A DNA stretch of 64,000 nt from a virus: positions 9,400-73,399 of IMG/VR virus record IMGVR_UViG_3300032238_000336. One strand, written 5' to 3'. Under the pieces are notes generated by a model. The model had not been told where the DNA came from. It ran no database searches and worked only from the letters and a program-made list of their open reading frames with translations. Shown in pieces: positions 1 to 9,573 of this stretch (position 1 is its first letter; each line of letters begins with the position of its first letter). The position numbers and the translations under genes were made by a program.

Positions 1-143
1 AATTGAGTAAATTTTTGCTTTCCATCATTATCAATTTCTTCATATTTATCTGGAACTTGGTCAAATAAACTAATAAGAAACTCACAAATATTAGGTTCTA
101 TTGCGTTCTCATAAACGTGAATAAAATCATTTAGTTCATCCAT
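1..143 (-). CDS. Partial ORF (5' part), probable 2OG-Fe(II) oxygenase
   Basis: Manual translation MDELNDFIHVYENAIEPNICEFLISLFDQ...; overlaps the uvsX stop and runs off the window; N-terminus resembles cyanophage 2OG-Fe(II) oxygenases. Confidence 0.55.
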   Translation of the reverse strand, partial: MDELNDFIHVYENAIEPNICEFLISLFDQVPDKYEEIDNDGKQKFTQ

Positions 144-1137
144 AAGAAAATGCACCTTTAGCAATCACATCAAGTTTTTCCATTACCTCTTCGGTAAAAT
201 ATTTTTCTGGATTTTTTAGAATTTCTTTAGCATAAATCTTCTTACCATCCATTTCATAACGTCCTGCGATGTTCTTCCACATACCACCTAATTCGCCAAG
301 TTCAAGCAAACCATAATATCTATCAAGACCACGCTCATCATAATAAAGACGTACTTCAACTTCCTGATTCTCCTTACTTAAACGCGACTTAGCAGTCTTT
401 GCCTTGATAATGTTTCCAATGACTTCTGTTCCATCTTTCTCCTTTTTCTTCGAGAGATGAATAATGGTAGAAGCAGCGTACTTAAGACCACTGCCACCTC
501 CCATCTCTTTAGTAGGAACATAAGCACCGATAACATCGTAGGTATGATTTGTAACGATCATTGGAATGTTTGCTTGACCAAGTTTTAAAGTGAGCATACG
601 GAATGCACCTTTAATCAGTTGAGATTTGGTCATATCTCTAACTTCTTTATCATTCAGAGCATCATTAATCTCCTTACTGGTAGAAAGCATACCCAAGGAG
701 TCTAACACAAACATACAAGGACTGCGTTCTCCTTCAGGTTTTTTCATATACAAATCAACTGCCTTTAGTGCCTTACCACGAAACTCTTCAACTGTAACCA
801 CATTGACCACAACCAATCGAGTTGTGTCAATGCCTCTGCTCTCCAGTAAGGATCGTGTGATTGCAGCTTCAGTATCAAAGTACAAGCAGTATCCAGTAGG
901 ATTATTATCAAGGAAATTCTTGACCACAGCCAAACTAAAGAAAGTTTTTCCTGTAGAACTTTCCCCTGCGATTGCAGTAATCTTGTTACCAGATACACCA
1001 CCAAAGATGCTACCACTAACAAGAGCATTAAATATGTACGAACCTGTGTCCACAAAAGTTTCAGTTTCATCAATATCTGCTGCCAGTTGTGTGTATTCTC
1101 CACCAATTTCTTTTACAATGTCTTTAAGAAAGTCCAT
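136..1137 (-). CDS. uvsX: UvsX RecA-like recombinase
   Basis: Walker A GESSTGKT, DSLGML, NHTY and MGGGSG motifs; start chosen 7 nt after SD AGGAG. Confidence 0.96.
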   Translation of the reverse strand: MDFLKDIVKEIGGEYTQLAADIDETETFVDTGSYIFNALVSGSIFGGVSGNKITAIAGESSTGKTFFSLAVVKNFLDNNPTGYCLYFDTEAAITRSLLESRGIDTTRLVVVNVVTVEEFRGKALKAVDLYMKKPEGERSPCMFVLDSLGMLSTSKEINDALNDKEVRDMTKSQLIKGAFRMLTLKLGQANIPMIVTNHTYDVIGAYVPTKEMGGGSGLKYAASTIIHLSKKKEKDGTEVIGNIIKAKTAKSRLSKENQEVEVRLYYDERGLDRYYGLLELGELGGMWKNIAGRYEMDGKKIYAKEILKNPEKYFTEEVMEKLDVIAKGAFSYG

Positions 1138-1264
1138 TAACATTCTCCTGTTGATATTTTAATTTAAAATGATATGCCCATAACTTATTATAAAGTTCAG
1201 GATGCTTGTATTTCAAAGACTCTATAATAAATTTAAGTTCTTTTTCTATGATTGGTAACTCCAT
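1124..1264 (-). CDS. Small hypothetical protein (46 aa)
   Basis: Manual translation MELPIIEKELKFIIESLKYKHPELYNKLWAYHFKLK...; fills the gp43-uvsX gap. Confidence 0.6.
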   Translation of the reverse strand: MELPIIEKELKFIIESLKYKHPELYNKLWAYHFKLKYQQENVNGLS

Positions 1265-1270
1265 ATGAGT

Positions 1271-3763
1271 TTATGCATAAAAGCTTGATAAGTTTACAGT
1301 TTTTTCCGTCTTCCATCCAATTGCATCCAAAATAATCTTCAAAGGTTCTAAGAAAGATTTATTAAACTGAGTAGTATAATCTACATATTTTTCCAGTCCA
1401 AGTTCCTTTGGAAAGTTTTGAATGAAGCAGATTACATCTTGATGAATAGGATTTGGAAGTTTAAGAGCACAGTATTTAATCTTCTCTCCATTATTGATGA
1501 TTGGGTACTTATTGTCAAGTTTATTCTTTTTTATATAATAGTTATAAAGTAAAGTTCCTCGAACGTGCATAGGTGTTCCTTTTGTGTAAATAGTCACATT
1601 TGAACTATAAGTTTCAAGATTGTTTACTGAACGAGGGAATGATATTTGCTCAATTGAAAAATTCATAAATTTTTCTTTACATTCTTGGATATACTGTATC
1701 ATATCCTTCTCAGTCTGGTTCATCATAATAGGTACAGCCTCTTTAATCATTGTTCTACAAACCGCAGGAGTAGATGACTTGATTGCCTCAAGACCTTTAA
1801 TTTTTACCTTTGGAGTTTCATATCGAACTCCTTCATTATCCCAAACATTTAGAATGTACCTTTTCTTTTTAGTCCAAATTGCTCTATCACAAATTGCCTC
1901 TCTTTTCATATAGAGAGAATTATTATATGCATTAGTATAATCAGAAAGTTCCTGAAAACATTTATTAATGAAATCTTGAAATGTGGTTCCACAAATTTTA
2001 TCTAAAAAATCTACAATCTTTTCCTTTGTGGGATTTTTATCTTTAAAAACTTTATCTACCAAAGGTCCAAAATTTAAGTAATTACTATCAGTATCAAGTG
2101 CAATAATAAAATCTTGATTTTTAGTTCCTACAATTTTATTTAAATAAGCATTCAATCTACTCTCAATCCATTTAATAGTAGTTTGTCCAGAAAAAGTAAT
2201 TGCTTTTGCATTCTCTAATTTATAATACCTAAAATATTGATTTCCCAAAGCACCATAGAGACTGTTTAAACAAATTTTTAAGTTTTGCTGAAGATTATGA
2301 TATTTTGAAATTGTATTCCGAAGTTCTATTGAAGGATTATTTTCATATTCTTGCTCTGCCTCAAGCATCTTTTTCTTATAGAGTTTCCTCTCATTGAACA
2401 TCTTTTCAGTCAGTTCAGGGAAGAACCCACGAATGTCTTTACGATACATCGCACCATTTGGGCACACTGTATAATCAGAATATGATTGCGTATCTACAGT
2501 TTGGTCTAGAACTCCCTGAATGGTGATATTAGGATGACGTTTTTCCATATAAGTCTCTGGACTGATGTTATACATCATCAATAAAGAAGGATATAGTGAT
2601 GCTAAGTCAAAACTTACAACCCAATCATACATTCCTGGTTTGGGTTCTTTTACATAAGCACCTGGAAACTTTTCCGTTTTACTTGTGATTTCCTTTGGAG
2701 GAACTGCGATATTTCTCTCTCTTAAGTAGTTATAAGTAATCGCATCCCACATTCGGACTTGATAGAATACATCAGTATAGTTCGTCTTTGCGTTATATGC
2801 CATCATAATACAAAGCTCAATCAACTTAAGCTTTTGTTCTAATCTGTCAACAAGCTCAACGTCAATTATATTATAACGAACAAACTTATCCCAATCTTTA
2901 GTATAAAAGTCTTTGAAAGTATCAAACTCAGAGTGGTCTAACTTTTCCATACCGAGTTCTACTTCTGCAATATGGTTCAAAGCATAACTCTCTCTATTTA
3001 CATAAGTAAATTTTTTGTAAAGATTGAGATAATCAATGATAGAAATACCAGCAATTTCACACTGAAGTTGAACTCTTCCTGAGATTTCAATCTCTTTTGT
3101 TTTTACCACTCCCCACGGGGATAGTCTACGGACTTCTTTATCTCCAAAAATTCTTGTTATTCTACCTACAAGATAGGGAATATCATACAACTCTAGGTTC
3201 CATCCAGTAATAAGGTCAGGACTTTCTTCCTCCCAAAATGCTAGGAACTTATCAAAAAGTTCTACCTCATCACTACATTCAATATAAGTTACATCATCTC
3301 TTTTATTATCATATGGTTTAACTCCAAAAGTGGTAATATGCTTAGTATTGTAATCTTGAATAGAAATCAAGAGCATTTCTTCAGCACAATCAAATACATT
3401 AGGAAATCCCTGTTCAGAGCAAACTTCAATATCAAGAGAAAATAATTTTATCTTTGTTAAATCATACTCAATTTGTTCAGAATAATTGTCTGAGATATAT
3501 TGGAAGGTATAGTTATCCATTCCATAAATTTTAAATCCTTGAACTTGAGAGTATTTTCTATAAAATTCTCTACAATCGGAAATGGACCCAGGTTGAACTG
3601 GTTCAACGCAAATATTATCAAGTGTTTTATAATTACTTTGTTTTTTACTTGGAACGTATAGAGTTGGATAAAAATCTACCTCTTCTTTGAATTTTTCTCC
3701 ATTTTCATATCCTCTTACTAAAATCTTATCGTATTTTTGATAAGCATTTGTGTAAAATCTCAA
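1271..3763 (-). CDS. gp43: Family B DNA polymerase
   Basis: Exonuclease motifs DIEV and YNIID; polymerase motifs SFDLASLYPS, KICLNSLYG and DTDS. Confidence 0.97.
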   Translation of the reverse strand: MRFYTNAYQKYDKILVRGYENGEKFKEEVDFYPTLYVPSKKQSNYKTLDNICVEPVQPGSISDCREFYRKYSQVQGFKIYGMDNYTFQYISDNYSEQIEYDLTKIKLFSLDIEVCSEQGFPNVFDCAEEMLLISIQDYNTKHITTFGVKPYDNKRDDVTYIECSDEVELFDKFLAFWEEESPDLITGWNLELYDIPYLVGRITRIFGDKEVRRLSPWGVVKTKEIEISGRVQLQCEIAGISIIDYLNLYKKFTYVNRESYALNHIAEVELGMEKLDHSEFDTFKDFYTKDWDKFVRYNIIDVELVDRLEQKLKLIELCIMMAYNAKTNYTDVFYQVRMWDAITYNYLRERNIAVPPKEITSKTEKFPGAYVKEPKPGMYDWVVSFDLASLYPSLLMMYNISPETYMEKRHPNITIQGVLDQTVDTQSYSDYTVCPNGAMYRKDIRGFFPELTEKMFNERKLYKKKMLEAEQEYENNPSIELRNTISKYHNLQQNLKICLNSLYGALGNQYFRYYKLENAKAITFSGQTTIKWIESRLNAYLNKIVGTKNQDFIIALDTDSNYLNFGPLVDKVFKDKNPTKEKIVDFLDKICGTTFQDFINKCFQELSDYTNAYNNSLYMKREAICDRAIWTKKKRYILNVWDNEGVRYETPKVKIKGLEAIKSSTPAVCRTMIKEAVPIMMNQTEKDMIQYIQECKEKFMNFSIEQISFPRSVNNLETYSSNVTIYTKGTPMHVRGTLLYNYYIKKNKLDNKYPIINNGEKIKYCALKLPNPIHQDVICFIQNFPKELGLEKYVDYTTQFNKSFLEPLKIILDAIGWKTEKTVNLSSFYA

Positions 3764-4086
3764 ACTTCTTCTCCTTCATAAAGTTCTTCAATCTCTTCGT
3801 CTGTTTCAACTTCAACTGGAGCAACAGGCTCTACATATCCAGTAAGTTTAATATAGTCTATTTTTAATTCAGTATTAGGAACAAACATCGTAAATATTTT
3901 ATCCGAATTTATTAAAAATTCAGTCTGTTCGGTATAAGCAACCAAAAGTTTAACTAGTTTATTGTTTAATATTATACAAGGATTGATTAATTTACAATCT
4001 ACAACACCCACTACATCTGGGTCGATTTCTACTGGAACTATTTCAGATACCAAAATTCTGCCGTCCGTCAACACAATTCCTTCCAT
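3760..4086 (-). CDS. Hypothetical protein upstream of gp43
   Basis: 108-aa ORF, SD GAGG, stop overlaps the gp43 start. Confidence 0.75.
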   Translation of the reverse strand: MEGIVLTDGRILVSEIVPVEIDPDVVGVVDCKLINPCIILNNKLVKLLVAYTEQTEFLINSDKIFTMFVPNTELKIDYIKLTGYVEPVAPVEVETDEEIEELYEGEEV

Positions 4087-4108
4087 ATTTACCTCATAAT
4101 TTCATAAT

Positions 4109-4137
4109 ATGCTATCACAAAAAAAAGAGACTGTCAA
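4109..4137 (-). promoter_or_regulatory. Sigma70-like promoter for the gp43 operon
   Basis: TTGACA-17 nt-TAGCAT (TG extended -10), overlapping a terminator. Confidence 0.6.
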
Positions 4138-4169
4138 TTCTGGTCTTAGTCAGAATTAGTCTCTTTTTT
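4119..4169 (-). terminator. Intrinsic terminator after hsp20
   Basis: AGAGACT-AATTCTG...CAGAATT-GAC-AGTCTCT hairpin with T/A tracts on both sides. Confidence 0.8.
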
Positions 4170-4212
4170 GCGACAACAATAAATGGGTGTAGCCCCAAAT
4201 TATTTATTCGTG

Positions 4213-4662
4213 TTATAAAATTTCATAAACCTTTCTCTTCTGATGTTCTGGAATAACTCTATTTAATTTAATAGTGAGTAATCCATCCTCAAAAGAAACA
4301 TCTTTAACTTCCACATCATCCGATAAAGTCCAAGTTCTTTTCAATCTTCTTTTTGCTATGCCATTATGAAGATATTCAACAGTATCTTTAGATTTTTTAT
4401 CTTCTGCTACATCAACAATAAGTATATTTTCTTCTGTAGCTACCCTAATATCATCTTTTTTGTATCCAGCAAGTGCAATTTCTAATCTGAAATCAACACT
4501 ACTTTCTTTGACCAGATTGTATGGCGGATAGTTAGTATGCGATTCAAACGCAGTATCAAACCTCTTAAACCACTCATCCAATCCAATACTATTTCTTTGA
4601 ATATCAGCCAGATACTTTGCTGTTTCTGGTACTGAAAGTGTAAGCGAACTTGTTCCAAACAT
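4213..4662 (-). CDS. hsp20: Small heat shock protein (Hsp20 family)
   Basis: NYPPYNL, LEIALAG and FEDGLLTIKL motifs; start MFGTSS follows SD AAGGAGGT. Confidence 0.93.
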   Translation of the reverse strand: MFGTSSLTLSVPETAKYLADIQRNSIGLDEWFKRFDTAFESHTNYPPYNLVKESSVDFRLEIALAGYKKDDIRVATEENILIVDVAEDKKSKDTVEYLHNGIAKRRLKRTWTLSDDVEVKDVSFEDGLLTIKLNRVIPEHQKRKVYEIL

Positions 4663-4736
4663 AATAGACCTCCTTAAGCGTCTTTTAGTGATTAATGTCC
4701 CCGAAGGCAACATTACTATTATATAACATAAAACCA

Positions 4737-4762
4737 TAAAAAAGAGGGGTGATGAAACCCCC
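4737..4762 (-). terminator. Intrinsic terminator after regA
   Basis: GGGGT...ACCCC hairpin followed by T tract on the minus strand. Confidence 0.55.
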
Positions 4763-4787
4763 CATTCTATATTCGGATTAGTGCCCT

Positions 4788-5225
4788 TTATTCTTCGGTC
4801 TCAGGTTTTAACTTTTTACCAATAGAATATTTACTTTCAAGCACCCAATCATTTTTATCTTTAAAAGAAAGAACTTTAATTTGATTTAGTGGAGCAATAT
4901 CTGAAACTGAATCTAGATTTACAATCGTCACAAGACCCCAATCAGCAACTAACTGCACTATACGATTGCGTCTTTGCATATCATTAACTGTAATATTTGC
5001 ATACTTACCATCAAGAGCAAATAGTTCTTTAAAGTGAGTAAGATAATACTTACCTTGTTTATGAAGAATGTGAACGGACTGGTACAGTTTTTTTTCTTTT
5101 CGTGAAGCTACCCCAATACGAGTTAAAGTCTCACGAACTTTAAGAAAATCATCAGGTTCATTTAACAAAACTTCTACCATCATACTAGGAGTCCAGTTCA
5201 CTTTGGGCTCATTAGAGTTATTCAT
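4788..5225 (-). CDS. regA: Translational repressor RegA
   Basis: DDFLKVRETLTRIG, LYQSVHILHKQG and HFKELFALDG motifs. Confidence 0.96.
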   Translation of the reverse strand: MNNSNEPKVNWTPSMMVEVLLNEPDDFLKVRETLTRIGVASRKEKKLYQSVHILHKQGKYYLTHFKELFALDGKYANITVNDMQRRNRIVQLVADWGLVTIVNLDSVSDIAPLNQIKVLSFKDKNDWVLESKYSIGKKLKPETEE

Positions 5226-5611
5226 CGAGTTATTCCACCTATATCAAGTTGTTTCTTTATAAAATTAATTTGGACTTCAGAAAGGAGTTTTAATGCTTGG
5301 AGAGCTTTTTCGTTACTATAGTTATAATAAGATTTGATGCATTCCAAATCATCTACTTTTTCTTTTTTAATCCAGGAAGAAAATCTCTTCCTTTTTCTTA
5401 GAATATTTATATAAAAATTATATTGCATATCCTTATCAATAAAAAAGTTCTTATTCATCTCATTTGCATACATTAATGTATCATTATGATATGACAAAGA
5501 TTTATTTACTAGATAAGGTTCATAGGATTTTATATGTTCTAAATCTTCTTCCAATAAATTTTTCTTAGTATCGCTGACAGAGTTCACCATATCCCATACA
5601 TTATATGTCAT
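5222..5611 (-). CDS. gp62: Clamp loader small subunit
   Basis: ANEMN, RKRKRFSSW and YYNYSNEKA motifs; lies between gp44 and regA. Confidence 0.92.
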   Translation of the reverse strand: MTYNVWDMVNSVSDTKKNLLEEDLEHIKSYEPYLVNKSLSYHNDTLMYANEMNKNFFIDKDMQYNFYINILRKRKRFSSWIKKEKVDDLECIKSYYNYSNEKALQALKLLSEVQINFIKKQLDIGGITR

Positions 5612-6552
5612 AGGAACTCACACTCTCTTACAATTTCAATTAGACAAGCCATAAGATTAATTTCTTGGTCCATACAAAAAGCAGACTGATATTGGTATTT
5701 TGCAATCACAAGAATTGCAAATGGTATTGTAGATGGAACAAGTTCAATATAAAGTTCATCATAAATCTGACGAAGGATTTTATTTACTTCGTTATCAAGA
5801 TTTTCAACTACCCACTTACGAACTCCACCAAAATTATTCTCTTTCATAAGAGAAACTAATTCTTTAATATTTGCATTTGAGGTGGATGCGATTGCACCAA
5901 TATCTAAATTTCCAGAAGCACTAAACCTTTGCAGTTCGTGTAAAGTTCTACGAAAATCTGGAAAATATTTTTGGACTAGTTGCACTAGAACTTTTTTATC
6001 ATAGTCAATACTTTCAGTTTCAAGAATATTAATAATTCTTTCAAAGAATGATTTTGCAAGTTTTGGTTTTTCTTTTGATGGAATTGTGAAGTCCAACAAA
6101 GAACAACGAGAATGTAGAGCAGGTAAAATTTTATTTTTATAGTTGCAGGTAAAAATAAAAGTGCAGTTATTTTGCAACTTCTCTATAACACCCAGAAGCG
6201 CCTTTTGTGCATCGTGAGTTAGATTGTCTGCCTCATCTATCAATAGAATTTTCTTACCATTACTATTAGATAGAGATACAGTAGATGCATAAGTCTGTAC
6301 TTTATTTCGAATGGTATCAATATACCTTCCTTCTTCCGACCCATTTATCATCATAAAGTCCATTCCCAACTCATTTGCAAGTGCTTTAATGGTTGAGGTC
6401 TTACCGATACCCGAAGGACCAGAAAGAATAAGGTTAGGAACCTGTTTAGAGTTCCCAACCTCAACGAAGAAATCTTTTAATCCTTTAGGTAAAATACATT
6501 CATTAACGCTTTTTGGAGCGTATTTTTCAACAAATAAGAATTCTTCACGCAT
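5608..6552 (-). CDS. gp44: Clamp loader large subunit (AAA+)
   Basis: VEKYAP, GPSGIGKT, DEAD, LHSRC and PDFRR motifs. Confidence 0.95.
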   Translation of the reverse strand: MREEFLFVEKYAPKSVNECILPKGLKDFFVEVGNSKQVPNLILSGPSGIGKTSTIKALANELGMDFMMINGSEEGRYIDTIRNKVQTYASTVSLSNSNGKKILLIDEADNLTHDAQKALLGVIEKLQNNCTFIFTCNYKNKILPALHSRCSLLDFTIPSKEKPKLAKSFFERIINILETESIDYDKKVLVQLVQKYFPDFRRTLHELQRFSASGNLDIGAIASTSNANIKELVSLMKENNFGGVRKWVVENLDNEVNKILRQIYDELYIELVPSTIPFAILVIAKYQYQSAFCMDQEINLMACLIEIVRECEFL

Positions 6553-6568
6553 AATAAAAATTTATAAA

Positions 6569-7258
6569 TTAAGAATCAAATGAACTGTCACTTTCCAACC
6601 CGACAAAATAAGTCAAATCGAAATTCTGATTGATAAACTGAGATACTAGTTGTTCAGAAATAACTACATCATAGGAACCTGGAATAATTTTCAAGTTTTC
6701 AATCTTAAAATTCAAACAAAACTCCTTATCAGTTTTACCCACATCAATGGATACTACATTAGTAGTTACATTCTCTTTCTGATGGACTTCAAGTTTAATC
6801 TCACCATCTTCTCCAACAACTGACAAATCAGGAAGACCAAACACCGAACTTGCTTTTACTAACTTTTCAAACTGTGCTTCATCAATTTGAAAACACACAT
6901 CCTGAGACGGTAGTTTCATATCACGGTTCTCTGGTGCGTGAATAAGCATAGATTCAGTCAATCGGTATTTAATCTTATGCTTACCTTGTCGGATATAAAC
7001 AAATCCTTCAGAAGAAAAGTCTAGTTCAGGACTATCATATAGTTTCAGTCCATTCAGAAACTGGTTCAAATCATAAATTCCAAACTCAGTGTCAAATTCT
7101 TCAGTAACAACAGCACTTGCAGCAATATTTCCTGAAAGTGCAATAGTTCGAATTACATTACCTTCTCGAATAAGAATGCTGGGATTAATGGTGGCAAAGT
7201 TTTTTAAAATGTTAATCGTATTATCAGAAAGTTTCATAATTTGAGAGTTTAGTTTCAT
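6569..7258 (-). CDS. gp45: Sliding clamp
   Basis: LKNFATINPSI, FGIYDLNQFL and ENLKIIPGSY motifs; synteny. Confidence 0.93.
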   Translation of the reverse strand: MKLNSQIMKLSDNTINILKNFATINPSILIREGNVIRTIALSGNIAASAVVTEEFDTEFGIYDLNQFLNGLKLYDSPELDFSSEGFVYIRQGKHKIKYRLTESMLIHAPENRDMKLPSQDVCFQIDEAQFEKLVKASSVFGLPDLSVVGEDGEIKLEVHQKENVTTNVVSIDVGKTDKEFCLNFKIENLKIIPGSYDVVISEQLVSQFINQNFDLTYFVGLESDSSFDS

Positions 7259-7554
7259 TTGTTTTCAACAAGATTAAGATGATTAATCAAAAGAATAGTA
7301 TAGTGCAAAACTTTAAACAGGTCTGCTCGTGGAGTTCCTTTGGTATCATATCGGTCAATATACTTGGTTACATTACCAGCACAAAATCCTTCACGACGAT
7401 TGTGTTTGATTTTATCCAGGGTCTGTTCCGTTCCACCACCAGTCCTATCAACATAATGTTGACTGTAAGTGCCAGAAATATATTCTTCAAGTTGTTTCAG
7501 GATTTTGTCTTCGTTGTATTTCCAGAAACCATTAGTATTTGTATTTTCGTTCAT
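7255..7554 (-). CDS. Conserved phage protein, DUF3310-like
   Basis: YSQHY...GFCAGNVTKYIDRY..K...DLFKVLHY pattern; start uncertain (open to 7605). Confidence 0.65.
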   Translation of the reverse strand: MNENTNTNGFWKYNEDKILKQLEEYISGTYSQHYVDRTGGGTEQTLDKIKHNRREGFCAGNVTKYIDRYDTKGTPRADLFKVLHYTILLINHLNLVENK

Positions 7555-7601
7555 AATAATGTTAATCACCTGATGTAGTTTACCAATCAATTGAAAAAAA
7601 G

Positions 7602-9317
7602 TCAAATCAAAACTTTAGAGAACCCATTAATCTTTTTGACTTCCAGCACTCGGTCAAATTTATCAATCAACTCATCTATTCTATGAGAAATCACAAATAT
7701 ATTAGTGTCTTTAATCACATAGTTTAATATTTTTAAAAGATTTCCCGAACCTTCTGTATCTAAAGAACTATCAAAAGTTTCGTCAAGTATCATCAGATTG
7801 CAGTTGATTGAGTTTTTCATTTTTGCAATATCTCTCCAAGCAAAAAGAATTGCAAGATTAATCTTTTGTTTCTCCCCTTCACTAAAAGAACCATAAGAAA
7901 AATCTTCGTGAATTGGAGTTTTTACATTTTCATTAAACTCTTCGTCAAGAGTAAAATTAATATAAAAGTCCATCATTTGCAAATACTTATTGATTTGTAA
8001 ATTAAGAAGAGGAAGATATTTCTGCATAATTTTTGTTTTAATTCCTCCATCTTTCATAAGAAGATGTGCAAATTCAAAATAATGCATTATTTCATTACAC
8101 TTTGAACTATCTCTATCTAAAGCATCTTCATCCTTTATCAAAGAACGAAGAACTTTTGCTTCTTCACTTTGATTTTTTAATTTGTTTGAAGTTTCTTCAA
8201 TTTCAATTTCAAGTTCTTTTATCTGTTTACTATTACGAAGTATTTGAAATTGTTGATTAGAAATTTCATTATTTAAAGACGTTATATTTCTAGAGAGTTT
8301 AGTGAATTCATTTTCTTTAGTTTCCTCTTCTTCTATAACTTGTTCTAGTTCAACGAACCCTCTGGAAATTCCGGATAGTTCATCTTTCAGTTTCAATATC
8401 ATTTCATCTTTGAACTCAACCTGTAAGTCCTGCTTACAAGTTGGACATACATCGTTATTTTGAAAAAATATCTTATCATCTTCAAGAATAGAAGATTTCT
8501 GTTGCATTTTACCCTTAATACCTATAAGTTGTTTAAGTTTTTTAGAAGAAAAAGAAATACTTTCCAGTTCTTGCTGCTTAACTTCTATATCTTTTAATAT
8601 AGTTGAAATTTTACTATTGATATTCTCACTTTCATTTTGTATTTCAGCAATCTTGTCTTTCTTTTTTGAAATAATCACCTCCCCCTCTTCTTTAAGGGTT
8701 TTGATGAAATTTTTTTGCATTTTAATTTTATCAACTACAGTAGATTTGTTGTAAATGATTTCTTGTCTTTTTCTTTCTAAATCTTTAATCTTATCTTTTA
8801 AAATCGAATTCATAGATGAGAATATTTTAATATCCAATAGTTCTTCAACTAAGTCTCTACGGTCAGAAGAAGATAACTGCATAAATGGAACAAAGTTATT
8901 ACTTCCAAGCACAACAACCTGAATGAAGGTCTTATAACTCATCCGAAGTATCGACTGTTCCAAATATTTCTGTTGGTCTTTTACAGATGCAAGTTGGTTC
9001 TGAACTATACCATCTACCCATATTTCAAATATATTTGGAGATATACCTCTTATAACTTTATATTGTTTTGACTTTATTGAGAATTCCAGTTCAACAACAC
9101 AATCTTTTTTATTTGTGCTATTGACTAATTGACTTTTAGTGGTTCCCCGATTGGACCTACCATATAAAGCAAAAATAAGAGCAGTAATAATCAGACTTTT
9201 ACCATTTCCATTTGCTCCAACAATTAAAGTAGTTTTAGTATCGATAAATCCAACTTCTGTGAATTGATTTCCTGCTGATAATATATTTTTATATCTTATT
9301 CTTTGAATATTCAACAT
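7602..9317 (-). CDS. gp46: Recombination endonuclease subunit (Rad50/SbcC-like)
   Basis: GANGNGKS, CPTC zinc hook, FSEGE signature, LILDE-like Walker B (MILDE). Confidence 0.95.
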   Translation of the reverse strand: MLNIQRIRYKNILSAGNQFTEVGFIDTKTTLIVGANGNGKSLIITALIFALYGRSNRGTTKSQLVNSTNKKDCVVELEFSIKSKQYKVIRGISPNIFEIWVDGIVQNQLASVKDQQKYLEQSILRMSYKTFIQVVVLGSNNFVPFMQLSSSDRRDLVEELLDIKIFSSMNSILKDKIKDLERKRQEIIYNKSTVVDKIKMQKNFIKTLKEEGEVIISKKKDKIAEIQNESENINSKISTILKDIEVKQQELESISFSSKKLKQLIGIKGKMQQKSSILEDDKIFFQNNDVCPTCKQDLQVEFKDEMILKLKDELSGISRGFVELEQVIEEEETKENEFTKLSRNITSLNNEISNQQFQILRNSKQIKELEIEIEETSNKLKNQSEEAKVLRSLIKDEDALDRDSSKCNEIMHYFEFAHLLMKDGGIKTKIMQKYLPLLNLQINKYLQMMDFYINFTLDEEFNENVKTPIHEDFSYGSFSEGEKQKINLAILFAWRDIAKMKNSINCNLMILDETFDSSLDTEGSGNLLKILNYVIKDTNIFVISHRIDELIDKFDRVLEVKKINGFSKVLI

Positions 9318-9573
9318 TTTGTTTTGGGGGGATTACAAATTCATTAGGATTCACTATCACATAGTGATAATTATATTTTTCGCAAGTTTGAATTGCTATT
9401 TCATCTTCAACTTCCACTACTTGCATTTCAGGAAAGTCATCTGCCTCTAAAAGTCCAGCATATCTAATTGCATCATCTTCAGATTCAAAAAAGCATAATG
9501 CCTTTTCACCACATTCGTCTACTACTCCATATGCACCTTCATTTACACAGTCAGCAATAGCGATTATATACAT
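9289..9573 (-). CDS. Conserved cyanophage protein (DUF3110-like)
   Basis: EGAY...FESEDDAIRYAGLLEADDF; lies between gp47 and gp46. Confidence 0.7.
   Translation of the reverse strand: MYIIAIADCVNEGAYGVVDECGEKALCFFESEDDAIRYAGLLEADDFPEMQVVEVEDEIAIQTCEKYNYHYVIVNPNEFVIPPKQNVEYSKNKI

Noticed and set aside
626-1162. 178-aa + strand ORF and the many other + strand ORFs in the track
   Set aside because: All are antisense shadows of well-supported minus-strand genes, with no recognisable motifs
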